64,000 nt of DNA. Source: Desulfatiglandales bacterium (lineage in GTDB: Bacteria > Desulfobacterota > DSM-4660 > Desulfatiglandales > Desulfatiglandaceae). Of the stretch, positions 53,058-64,000 are shown piece by piece. Position 1 is the stretch's first letter. Every line of letters starts with the position of its first letter. The stretch covers positions 7,072,001-7,136,000 of the forward strand of contig OY759599.1 in assembly GCA_963662465.1 (NCBI GenBank). Direction: 5' to 3'. The notes under the pieces were generated by a model. The model saw only the letters and a program-made list of their open reading frames with translations, was not told the origin of the DNA and did no database searches. A program made the position numbers and the translations under genes.

Positions 53058-53151
53058 TGCAGGATAGCCTGAGAAACACGATAGATGCATATGCGGATAT
53101 TATCGAAGGTGTGGAAGACCTGAAGATCGCTCAGAAAAATGTGGTCTCCAG

Positions 53152-55157
53152 CGCATAAGTCTAAATGTTGTGGGGTTTACTCTAACATATTGAAATTATT
53201 TCATCTGTTAAACGGTTCAGAATCAATATCCTAATCAAAGCGCATTTCGTGAGGCCAAACATTTTTTCCTGAATTCGCCTTAGCGGAAAAAAGTTAGGGA
53301 CTTTTTTTGATAAGTGTGCATAATCATAGTGCAACAGTCTATGTTAAATTAGAGAGGTTGCACATGATTAATAATATTAAGAGAGCTTTGACAATGTTGG
53401 ACAAAGCTCAAAACAGACTTGCAAGACAATGTTATTACGATCCAAAACAGTATCCTGAGATTTTCTTTGAAATTGAGAAATGCATTAATGCCATCAGATC
53501 ATGGATCAATGAAAGGGAGATGTTTCAATCATTGCAATATTTTTATGTAACATTGTCTGCTCTTATTGATGAACTTGGTAGGTTAATAAGTCAATTATGG
53601 GATATTTGTAAGCCAATAAAAGGGAAAAAAAGCATTCCAAAAACACAACGGGATCGACAGAAAATTAGAATCTTTTATTCAATTCGTTCAATGATAAGTA
53701 ATATTACTAAAAAATTGAATAATGTAAAAAGTCGTGATAGTACAATCAGTATTGCATTTGAGATAGGGATGTTAAAATCTTTTGATAAATCCATAATCGA
53801 AAATGTAAAAAAGAAAATGGAAGACCTTGTTTCTAAACGAGGAAATCAAACATATATCTTTCCTTATAATAACACCGAAAGCTATCATGCTCTCGTAAAA
53901 GACAGTAAGAAGTTTCGCATTGAAGTATTAGATAAACTCGATAAATATGATCACCACACAGGCCATAATTCAACATGTTCTGGACCTAAAGAATATATTT
54001 TATCTGGTTTCCGCGGGAATCCTCGAAAAACAATAATGAATGGAGGAGAACAACAGACATTCCCAATCCGCATGATACAATGCCGGAAGTGCAAACAAAA
54101 GTTCTCTCTTGTTCCCAGCTTTCTCCCAAGGGAAAAGAATTTTGGTATAGAGATTATTGGGCACGTATTTCGGAATATGTACCGTTTTAATGCGAGCATT
54201 CAAGGAGCCATCGAAAGCCTTAAAATTATTGGCAAAAAAAGTGTCAAAAGCAAACAAACCATCTTGAACTGGAATCGATGGGCAGGAACACTTCATCCTG
54301 CAACAATACTAACAAGAGCAGGAGTGAAAGGCTCAGGATATCTACAGGAAGATGAGGGCTTTGAAAAAGAACCAAATTTAAGAACTTATTCTGTAGTTAT
54401 GGTCGATCCTGAAAATTTATTAGTATGGCACTCCGATTATGTTGATCATGTTGATGAAGAAAACCTGTGCGGTTCATTTGAGGATTTTTTGCAAAAAATC
54501 GACTTCAAAATCCTTGGTGTAACAAAAGATAAGTGGAAAGCCTCAACCAATGCTATCAAGACCGTATTCCATAACATTTGGGTCGGATATTGCCATCGTC
54601 ATTGTTTGAAAAACTTCTACGATGCACTATCAAAATATCAAAAAGAATCAAAATGTACCGACCAAGAAGTGGACAAGTTTTATAAAAAATTTAAGAAAGT
54701 TTTGAAAACATCCACATCTAAAGTTAACTTGGAAGTAAAGATTAAGGCATTAGATGACGATGCATTTTCTCATCCATTACTAAAAAAGAGGGTAGTAGAA
54801 TTAAAAGAAAATGCCACTCATTATACCTCTCATAAAAATAGAAATGGGATAAAACAAACAACCTCCATTGTTGACAATTATTTAAAAGGAATCAAACGTA
54901 AACTAAAACAAATTGAGAGTTTTCGAGATAAGAAATGGGCAAGTCTTTTCTTTCGAGCACATGCGACTATCAGGAATTTTGTCCCATTTTTACCTGGCGC
55001 AAAAAATGCTCATAAAAGTCCCTTTGAATTAGCCAACGGCCAAACATTTGACTTACCTTGGATTCAAGTTATGAATGTTCATAATGCATTCTTGTTTACC
55101 GAAAACGCCTTTTAATTTTGATGGGTTATACAACCCCACAACATTTAGACTTATGCG
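53152..55157 (+). mobile_element. IS-A copy 2 (transposase 53307-55115)
   Basis: Same IRs, 2006 bp; the two flanks do not match each other. Confidence 0.95.
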
Positions 55158-56440
55158 CACCCATACTTCTTCTTCTCCGCATCTATTGCTTCTTTAATCC
55201 GTGTCACTTTTGTTATTTGATAACGTATTTTTTCTTCAATCTTTTTCTCTCTTTTGACACTCCCTCTACCTTTACCAATATATTTCGTTTTACTTTCTAC
55301 TTCCCGCACATATTCATATTTGAGGAAATCTTTCACCCTATGTTTTTTCAAAATCGATTTTGCTGATTCTATTAATTTTTCTCTTTCTTTGATCTGCCTT
55401 TTCCCCGGGCCTCTTGGTGGTGTCAGAGCATATAATTTTTCCTCGGCGCTTTTAAGCCGTCGTTCCAATCCCAGTTCTTTTTGCTTTTCATACGCTGGTG
55501 ATTTTACAATCAATACGCGTTCCTTCCATTTCAGCACTTTTCCATTTATTTCACCAGATTGGTTACGCTCTATCTCATACCCTTTTGCTTTCAGTTCCTC
55601 TTGACCTTTATCGTCTTGGACGATGTACTTTATCAACTCGTTCTTTTTGTCTTTCAAATTTCCTTCATCTATCCATTTCTCCATATATTCTGGGGTTTTC
55701 CCAGTATTAGGCAATGGACATAAATAATGTCCTTCCGCTTTTTCCTTAATGTGTAAACGATTTTCAAGAGAACTCAGTTTGCAATCGCCCACATAAAGGA
55801 CACCTTGTTTCTGGAGCATAGAGTGAATGCGACTTATGATAGGTGCATACAATTTGTCATCGGCCATTTGCCCTGGAACAACATCCGTGGCTAACGGCAT
55901 CCCAAGAGGATCCAGCGAACCCGTCATGATTTTTATTTGCGGTCTATTGGGGTCGTCTTTACTAACACCAAATTGGAATATCCCACCTTCAACTGTTTTG
56001 TGGTAGCCGGATACAGTCGTAGCATCAACCCTGACAGTTTCTTCCGGCAACTCATATGCTTCAATCGTATTGCCACTTATTCTCTCTTCAACTTTTCTCC
56101 AAATATCATTATCGCTTAAATACCTGGCAAGATTAGCTAAACGATCGTCTGTAAAATCATTTTCGGAGATTATCAATCCTGTTAATTCGATTAAGGTATG
56201 CCGCATTCCAGATACATATTCCCGAACAACTACTTTGCGATGGTCTCCCTCCGATAACATATATGCCAACCATATAACAGCCGTCCATCCCCAGCTCAAA
56301 TCTCTTTGGTTCTTTTGAATTGGGATTTGTTGGTCTATAGCTTCTTGTATACCCATTTTCACCATGGCCTTTATCAATAGGGGTATATCGTCAACTCTTT
56401 CTGCTGTAACGTTAATCTTTTTGACCTTTTTCCTTTTGTT
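55158..56440 (-). pseudogene. IS1634-family transposase, N-terminal part (inverted; start uncertain)
   Basis: ERVDDIPLL, FTDDRL, VDATT, FGVSKD, VGDCKL. Confidence 0.85.
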
Positions 56441-56750
56441 TGCAATGTGAGAGGCGCCATTATCCGATGATAGATTTACCTCACGCTTTTTCTTAGCAGT
56501 TTTCGTTTTATTTGATTTTTGCTTTTTTTTCGCTTCCTTACAGGTGCTGATTTTTTACCTTCTTCCAACCTGTTTCGTTGAAGCTTTGGGATTTTCTGCC
56601 GATCATTCTTCTGACCGAAAGGTCTGGGTTGATTTTCAGATTGACCGGTTTGTTGATTTGATGATGCACCGGCATTTATATTATTTCCAGTACCTGCTGA
56701 AATAGGTGATGCCTGCACCTTTGAAAAACTGCAAAACCAAACCAAAAAAC

Positions 56751-58849
56751 CGCATAAGTCTAAATGTTGTGGGGTTTACTCTAACATATTGAAATTATTT
56801 CATCTGTTAAACGGTTCCGAATCAATATCCTAATCAAAGCGCACGCATAAGTCTAAATGTTGTGGGGTTTACTCTAACATATTGAAATTATTTCATCTGT
56901 TAAACGGTTCCGAATCAATATCCTAATCAAAGCGCATTTCGTGAGGCCAAACATTTTTTCCTGAATTCGCCTTAGCGGAAAAAAGTTAGGGACTTTTTTT
57001 GATAAGTGTGCATAATCATAGTGCAACAGTCTATGTTAAATTAGAGAGGTTGCACATGATTAATAATATTAAGAGAGCTTTGACAATGTTGGACAAAGCT
57101 CAAAACAGACTTGCAAGACAATGTTATTACGATCCAAAACAGTATCCTGAGATTTTCTTTGAAATTGAGAAATGCATTAATGCCATCAGATCATGGATCA
57201 ATGAAAGGGAGATGTTTCAATCATTGCAATATTTTTATGTAACATTGTCTGCTCTTATTGATGAACTTGGTAGGTTAATAAGTCAATTATGGGATATTTG
57301 TAAGCCAATAAAAGGGAAAAAAAGCATTCCAAAAACACAACGGGATCGACAGAAAATTAGAATCTTTTATTCAATTCGTTCAATGATAAGTAATATTACT
57401 AAAAAATTGAATAATGTAAAAAGTCGTGATAGTACAATCAGTATTGCATTTGAGATAGGGATGTTAAAATCTTTTGATAAATCCATAATCGAAAATGTAA
57501 AAAAGAAAATGGAAGACCTTGTTTCTAAACGAGGAAATCAAACATATATCTTTCCTTATAATAACACCGAAAGCTATCATGCTCTCGTAAAAGATAGTAA
57601 GAAGTTTCGCATTGAAGTATTAGATAAACTCGATAAATATGATCACCACACAGGCCATAATTCAACATGTTCTGGACCTAAAGAATATATTTTATCTGGT
57701 TTCCGCGGGAATCCTCGAAAAACAATAATGAATGGAGGAGAACAACAGACATTCCCAATCCGCATGATACAATGCCGGAAGTGCAAACAAAAGTTCTCTC
57801 TTGTTCCCAGCTTTCTCCCAAGGGAAAAGAATTTTGGTATAGAGATTATTGGGCACGTATTTCGGAATATGTACCGTTTTAATGCGAGCATTCAAGGAGC
57901 CACCGAAAGCCTTAAAATTATTGGCAAAAAAAGTGTCAAAAGCAAACAAACCATCTTGAACTGGAATCGATGGGCAGGAACACTTCATCCTGCAACAATA
58001 CTAACAAGAGCAGGAGTGAAAGGCTCAGGATATCTACAGGAAGATGAGGGCTTTGAAAAAGAACCAAATTTAAGAACTTATTCTGTAGTTATGGTCGATC
58101 CTGAAAATTTATTAGTATGGCACTCCGATTATGTTGATCATGTTGATGAAGAAAACCTGTGCGGTTCATTTGAGGATTTTTTGCAAAAAATCGACTTCAA
58201 AATCCTTGGTGTAACAAAAGATAAGTGGAAAGCCTCAACCAATGCTATCAAGACCGTATTCCATAACATTTGGGTCGGATATTGCCATCGTCATTGTTTG
58301 AAAAACTTCTACGATGCACTATCAAAATATCAAAAAGAATCAAAATGTACCGACCAAGAAGTGGACAAGTTTTATAAAAAATTTAAGAAAGTTTTGAAAA
58401 CATCCACATCTAAAGTTAACTTGGAAGTAAAGATTAAGGCATTAGATGACGATGCATTTTCTCATCCATTACTAAAAAAGAGGGTAGTAGAATTAAAAGA
58501 AAATGCCACTCATTATACCTCTCATAAAAATAGAAATGGGATAAAACAAACAACCTCCATTGTTGACAATTATTTAAAAGGAATCAAACGTAAACTAAAA
58601 CAAATTGAGAGTTTTCGAGATAAGAAATGGGCAAGTCTTTTCTTTCGAGCACATGCGACTATCAGGAATTTTGTCCCATTTTTACCTGGCGCAAAAAATG
58701 CTCATAAAAGTCCCTTTGAATTAGCCAACGGCCAAACATTTGACTTACCTTGGATTCAAGTTATGAATGTTCATAATGCATTCTTGTTTACCGAAAACGC
58801 CTTTTAATTTTGATGGGTTATACAACCCCACAACATTTAGACTTATGCG
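56751..58849 (+). mobile_element. IS-A copy 3 (56844-58849) preceded by a 93-bp duplicate of its left end
   Basis: CAAAAAAC at 56743-56750 and 58850-58857; transposase 56999-58807. Confidence 0.92.
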
Positions 58850-58856
58850 CAAAAAA

Positions 58857-60862
58857 CGCATAAGTCTAAATGTTGTGGGGTTTACTCTAACATATTGAAA
58901 TTATTTCATCTGTTAAACGGTTCCGAATCAATATCCTAATCAAAGCGCATTTCGTGAGGCCAAACATTTTTTCCTGAATTCGCCTTAGCGGAAAAAAGTT
59001 AGGGACTTTTTTTGATAAGTGTGCATAATCATAGTGCAACAGTCTATGTTAAATTAGAGAGGTTGCACATGATTAATAATATTAAGAGAGCTTTGACAAT
59101 GTTGGACAAAGCTCAAAACAGACTTGCAAGACAATGTTATTACGATCCAAAACAGTATCCTGAGATTTTCTTTGAAATTGAGAAATGCATTAATGCCATC
59201 AGATCATGGATCAATGAAAGGGAGATGTTTCAATCATTGCAATATTTTTATGTAACATTGTCTGCTCTTATTGATGAACTTGGTAGGTTAATAAGTCAAT
59301 TATGGGATATTTGTAAGCCAATAAAAGGGAAAAAAAGCATTCCAAAAACACAACGGGATCGACAGAAAATTAGAATCTTTTATTCAATTCGTTCAATGAT
59401 AAGTAATATTACTAAAAAATTGAATAATGTAAAAAGTCGTGATAGTACAATCAGTATTGCATTTGAGATAGGGATGTTAAAATCTTTTGATAAATCCATA
59501 ATCGAAAATGTAAAAAAGAAAATGGAAGACCTTGTTTCTAAACGAGGAAATCAAACATATATCTTTCCTTATAATAACACCGAAAGCTATCATGCTCTCG
59601 TAAAAGATAGTAAGAAGTTTCGCATTGAAGTATTAGATAAACTCGATAAATATGATCACCACACAGGCCATAATTCAACATGTTCTGGACCTAAAGAATA
59701 TATTTTATCTGGTTTCCGCGGGAATCCTCGAAAAACAATAATGAATGGAGGAGAACAACAGACATTCCCAATCCGCATGATACAATGCCGGAAGTGCAAA
59801 CAAAAGTTCTCTCTTGTTCCCAGCTTTCTCCCAAGGGAAAAGAATTTTGGTATAGAGATTATTGGGCACGTATTTCGGAATATGTACCGTTTTAATGCGA
59901 GCATTCAAGGAGCCATCGAAAGCCTTAAAATTATTGGCAAAAAAAGTGTCAAAAGCAAACAAACCATCTTGAACTGGAATCGATGGGCAGGAACACTTCA
60001 TCCTGCAACAATACTAACAAGAGCAGGAGTGAAAGGCTCAGGATATCTACAGGAAGATGAGGGCTTTGAAAAAGAACCAAATTTAAGAACTTATTCTGTA
60101 GTTATGGTCGATCCTGAAAATTTATTAGTATGGCACTCCGATTATGTTGATCATGTTGATGAAGAAAACCTGTGCGGTTCATTTGAGGATTTTTTGCAAA
60201 AAATCGACTTCAAAATCCTTGGTGTAACAAAAGATAAGTGGAAAGCCTCAACCAATGCTATCAAGACCGTATTCCATAACATTTGGGTCGGATATTGCCA
60301 TCGTCATTGTTTGAAAAACTTCTACGATGCACTATCAAAATATCAAAAAGAATCAAAATGTACCGACCAAGAAGTGGACAAGCTTTATAAAAAATTTAAG
60401 AAAGTTTTGAAAACATCCACATCTAAAGTTAACTTGGAAGTAAAGATTAAGGCATTAGATGACGATGCATTTTCTCATCCATTACTAAAAAAGAGGGTAG
60501 TAGAATTAAAAGAAAATGCCACTCATTATACCTCTCATAAAAATAGAAATGGGATAAAACAAACAACCTCCATTGTTGACAATTATTTAAAAGGAATCAA
60601 ACGTAAACTAAAACAAATTGAGAGTTTTCGAGATAAGAAATGGGCAAGTCTTTTCTTTCGAGCACATGCGACTATCAGGAATTTTGTCCCATTTTTACCT
60701 GGCGCAAAAAATGCTCATAAAAGTCCCTTTGAATTAGCCAACGGCCAAACATTTGACTTACCTTGGATTCAAGTTATGAATGTTCATAATGCATTCTTGT
60801 TTACCGAAAACGCCTTTTAATTTTGATGGGTTATACAACCCCACAACATTTAGACTTATGCG
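58857..60862 (+). mobile_element. IS-A copy 4 (transposase 59012-60820)
   Basis: Same IRs, 2006 bp. Confidence 0.95.
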
Positions 60863-61216
60863 TATGGGTGGAAGGCCTATGTTACAGATGTATCAAGGGA
60901 GCGACTTGATTTTATCGATGTAGTTAGGTCTTATCGAAAACAATACCGGGTTGAACGAATATTTAACCGGCTGAAAAGTAGGCTAAACATCGCCCCGTTT
61001 TACGTCAAAAGGGAAGATCAAGTTAAAGGAATAACGCATCTTCTGATGATAGGAGTCAGGGTAATTACTCTGGTTGAATTTGTTGTTCGCCGCTCATTAG
61101 CAAGAAGCGACGAAAAGCTTGTTGGATTGCACCTGGGAAATCCCAAGAAAGCTACGAGCAATCCAACGTGTGAGAAACTATTAAATGCTTTCAGCAAAAT
61201 TACATTAACGATAATT
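60863..61216 (+). pseudogene. IS1634-family transposase, C-terminal part
   Basis: YGWKAYVT..YRKQYRVERIFNRLKS. Confidence 0.85.
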
Positions 61217-61338
61217 GGTGTCCTTTCTGCAAGCCTGCATAGGGCAAATTTTTTCATTTTTTTTTGGGTGGCCGGAAGACGCTAGGTGGCGAGCTCCGTT
61301 ATCCGGCGTCTTCTGTCGATCTGATTATCTGTGAGTTA

Positions 61339-62937
61339 CTAAGGCTGGGAATTTAGATTTTGCCTGTAATTCCAGGGAAGCCAGTTTTCGGGGTTTACTT
61401 TTACCAGCTCGGGATTTTTGTGAATGGCCAGGAGATATTCGTACGGATTTTCTCCGTTCATGGCACAGGTCTGAATAAGGCTCATAAAGATGTCTCCAAT
61501 GAGGGCGCCATGCTCTGTTTTGTAAAACAGGGAGTTTTTTCTGTGAAGAATGGCCTTTTTCAAAGCCCTTTCGCAGATGTTGTTGTCAAGGGGCGCTCCA
61601 GGAACTTCCAGGAACCGGGTTAACGCCTTCCAGTGATTCAGCATATACTGAATTGCCTTTCCCAAACCGGAATTCGGTTCCACGAGTTTTTCGTCCAATT
61701 GCTTGTTGAGCCAGCAATACAATTTATCCATCAAGGGTTTGCTTTCAGCCTGATGGAAGGCCAGACGCTCTTCGGGTGACATGTTTTCGTCCCTGGCAAT
61801 CTGATCATTGTGATACACTTTGGCAAGGGTATCGATCACAAACCGGCACTCTTCTGGAAAGCTCGGGGCGACATCCACGAAGTATCGGCGGGCATGGGTC
61901 AGGCAGTTTGCCATAATGACATCCAGATCCTCCGATGAATTTCGAGACAAGGCATCGCACATAAGCTGAGGTGGACTGAGACCGGTCAGGCGATTTTCAA
62001 GAAGCGCCTTCAGATTTTCACCCGCGTGATTTCTGCCGGTAAAATAAAGAACCGCCTGGCGGTCATCCATTTTGGATATAACGCCGGTGGTAAAAATCCC
62101 TTTTCGACCGTTTTTGGTTTCACCTTCCTTCATGAGGCTCAGAACTTTTCCCGTCGTATCGTCAATGTGGAACAACTCCCCCTGTGCGGATTGTTTCAGT
62201 AGTTCGATATACGGCCCTTTGGCCTCCAAACCCAATGGCTCAACGATACCCCACTGGGTTGATGCGGGAACCGGAACACCCATCATGGCTTGAAACTGCT
62301 GCAACCGATAGAAAGGAACGCCGTTGGCGTATTTTAGAAGGGCAATGGAAACCGCAACCGTTTCATCATGTTTCTGAGTTCCCATATCTTCAGGAGGCGT
62401 TGCGGTAAAAATTTGGCCGCACAGGTTGCAGCGAAGCTTTTCCAGTTCATAAATCGTTCCCGTTAAAGGCGGCGAACCCTTAATCCGGATTAACTTTTCG
62501 GGAACTTTTAACCGATATACTTTTCCCCTGGGACATTCCGGACAGGGGTCACCATGTTTGAGACTCTCGTGGCTTATGAACTTTCTTTCGGCGCCGGTAA
62601 AAGCCGAAGCACCGTTTCGACCATGGCCTTTCGGTGGGGGGTTGCCGCCTTTTGGACCGGGATCATCTTCCGGATTATCGCCGTCTTCGGAATCGGCGTC
62701 ATCTTCCGGATCATTAAACACTTTATCTTTCTTTTCGGATTTTTGCCCGAACAAGAGGTTTAGCAGCCGCTTGATGGATGCGGCCTTCTGGTCCAGTACC
62801 TGACTCAGGGCTTCAATGGTATCCGCCATGACCTTGATAATCTCGTAGTCGGATTCGGAAACCGCCGGTTTTATCCTTTCAAGAAGGGACTTGACGTCTT
62901 CGGGGGTTAATTCGAGTTTTTGGGGTTTATCCGGCAT
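61339..62937 (-). CDS. IS66-family transposase TnpC
   Basis: LFGQKSEK, HIDDT, CLTHARRYF, DNNICERALK. Confidence 0.92.
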   Translation of the reverse strand: MPDKPQKLELTPEDVKSLLERIKPAVSESDYEIIKVMADTIEALSQVLDQKAASIKRLLNLLFGQKSEKKDKVFNDPEDDADSEDGDNPEDDPGPKGGNPPPKGHGRNGASAFTGAERKFISHESLKHGDPCPECPRGKVYRLKVPEKLIRIKGSPPLTGTIYELEKLRCNLCGQIFTATPPEDMGTQKHDETVAVSIALLKYANGVPFYRLQQFQAMMGVPVPASTQWGIVEPLGLEAKGPYIELLKQSAQGELFHIDDTTGKVLSLMKEGETKNGRKGIFTTGVISKMDDRQAVLYFTGRNHAGENLKALLENRLTGLSPPQLMCDALSRNSSEDLDVIMANCLTHARRYFVDVAPSFPEECRFVIDTLAKVYHNDQIARDENMSPEERLAFHQAESKPLMDKLYCWLNKQLDEKLVEPNSGLGKAIQYMLNHWKALTRFLEVPGAPLDNNICERALKKAILHRKNSLFYKTEHGALIGDIFMSLIQTCAMNGENPYEYLLAIHKNPELVKVNPENWLPWNYRQNLNSQP

Positions 62938-63805
62938 GACATAAATACTCCCGAAAGTCTTTACCCATGGGATACCCCCAGACGGCCTTTATGGAACGAT
63001 TGGGTTTACCGGTTTGATCGTTTTTGCCTCTTCCGGTGGTATCTCCCAGATAGACCCAGTTGGCGGCTTTATAACAGGTGCCGGAAAACAAGGTTTTATC
63101 AACGAATGTCTCAAGATAACAAATAGGATGGCGGTATTGCTTTTGCCAATCCTTTGAAATACGCCGGGCCATTTGGCTCAATATATGAGACGCCAGATAT
63201 TTGACCCGAATCCAGGGCAATATGAGAAGCCGGGTATTATAGGCCATCAGCGACAGGTTCTTCATGCGAACATCAGGAGACCATCCGATAAACTGATCCC
63301 GGCTTTTGATATGGCGTGGCGGTGAACTCCAGGCCATGCATGCAATGGGATTTTCCCCTGCGAAAACAATGTATTTCAGATGTTCTCCGACAGGTCTGCA
63401 ATAACCCAGGTAATGGTACTGGTCCACCAAGCTGTTGAACAGTTTCTCCAAAGGGGTGCGGCGTACCTGAATAAACCGCAGTGGGCGAATCGAAATCACC
63501 GATGTTGTCAGAGGCTTTTCGGGAACGGGGATCACTTCAGGTTTTTTCTGTTTTCCCGATGGATTGACCGGAGGCCGTTTCCTTTTGGGCAGCTGAATAT
63601 GCCCCGACCGGTGAAGCTGCAACATCAACCCCCGGCATACCATATCCCTTGTAACACCATTGGGCTGCACCCAGTTCCATGCCTTACACAGTTTCACCGA
63701 TAATGCATACCGGCTGTCTTGCGGGTTAGACGCGATCAACTCCTTTATAAAGGAGATGTCTTCTCGGTTGTAGTTCTTGCCTCTGTATTTGATGATCGTT
63801 TCCAT
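62927..63805 (-). CDS. DUF4338 protein within the IS66 element
   Basis: YHYLGY..GEHLKY, LETFVD, GTCYKAANW..G.T.GRG. Confidence 0.88.
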   Translation of the reverse strand: METIIKYRGKNYNREDISFIKELIASNPQDSRYALSVKLCKAWNWVQPNGVTRDMVCRGLMLQLHRSGHIQLPKRKRPPVNPSGKQKKPEVIPVPEKPLTTSVISIRPLRFIQVRRTPLEKLFNSLVDQYHYLGYCRPVGEHLKYIVFAGENPIACMAWSSPPRHIKSRDQFIGWSPDVRMKNLSLMAYNTRLLILPWIRVKYLASHILSQMARRISKDWQKQYRHPICYLETFVDKTLFSGTCYKAANWVYLGDTTGRGKNDQTGKPNRSIKAVWGYPMGKDFREYLCHAG

Positions 63806-63858
63806 GGCAAAAACATAAGCATGTATGTTTTGAACGTAAGGGGGGGGACCTGGTTTTT

Positions 63859-64000
63859 TCAGGGTAAGCTAATTTTTTTCCATAAAGGCGCGGCTCCTTT
63901 GGGGTTGGTGTTCCATAAAATCATCTGCAGTTCATGGGCGGCCAGCTGCTCCAAACGGCCATTTTCCGGCCACCAGTGAAAACGACCACTCGACAGCCGT
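63859..64000 (-). CDS. IS66 accessory TnpB, C-terminal part
   Basis: RLSSGRFHWWP..LAAHELQMILW. Confidence 0.7.
   Translation of the reverse strand, partial: RLSSGRFHWWPENGRLEQLAAHELQMILWNTNPKGAAPLWKKISLP

Noticed and set aside
9009..53151. Integron/superintegron
   Set aside because: No tyrosine recombinase and no convincing RYYYAAC..GTTRRRY attC structures by eye; cargo occurs in both orientations.

Overview
This window is a heavily remodelled surface-polysaccharide (LPS/EPS) biosynthesis locus; the host may be a sulfate-reducing deltaproteobacterium (Desulfobacterota), which is an inference from gene style only. Only two backbone genes look intact: a nucleotide-sugar dehydrogenase (12036-13724) and a sugar transferase (50108-52105). 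An epimerase, a DegT aminotransferase, an asparagine synthase-like gene, a beta-CASP MBL hydrolase and a conserved 'HPQRW' protein survive only as fragments. Between them lie about 18 toxin-antitoxin-type modules, four-helix-bundle (IVS/Avd-like) and GxxExxY genes, Bro-N, DinD, Rpn and an ImmA/IrrE peptidase pair. No integrase or attC sites were found. The cargo is instead delimited by (i) six families of degenerate 7-9 bp tandem repeats that form inverted arms around small genes, (ii) recurring GGGGAC and GGTCCGACCCC end motifs also found on remnants of REP-associated (Y1/HUH) transposase genes, and (iii) repeated, diverged copies of backbone-gene ends cut at identical breakpoints. Together these suggest an integron-like but integrase-free cassette accretion system, which is a hypothesis. 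Conventional mobile DNA is superimposed: four copies of a 2006-bp IS256-like element (two bearing a deletion-inversion signature), two copies of a 1943-bp IS, ISAs1, IS66 and IS1634 elements, an IS200-type tnpA with REPs, MITEs and a group II intron.
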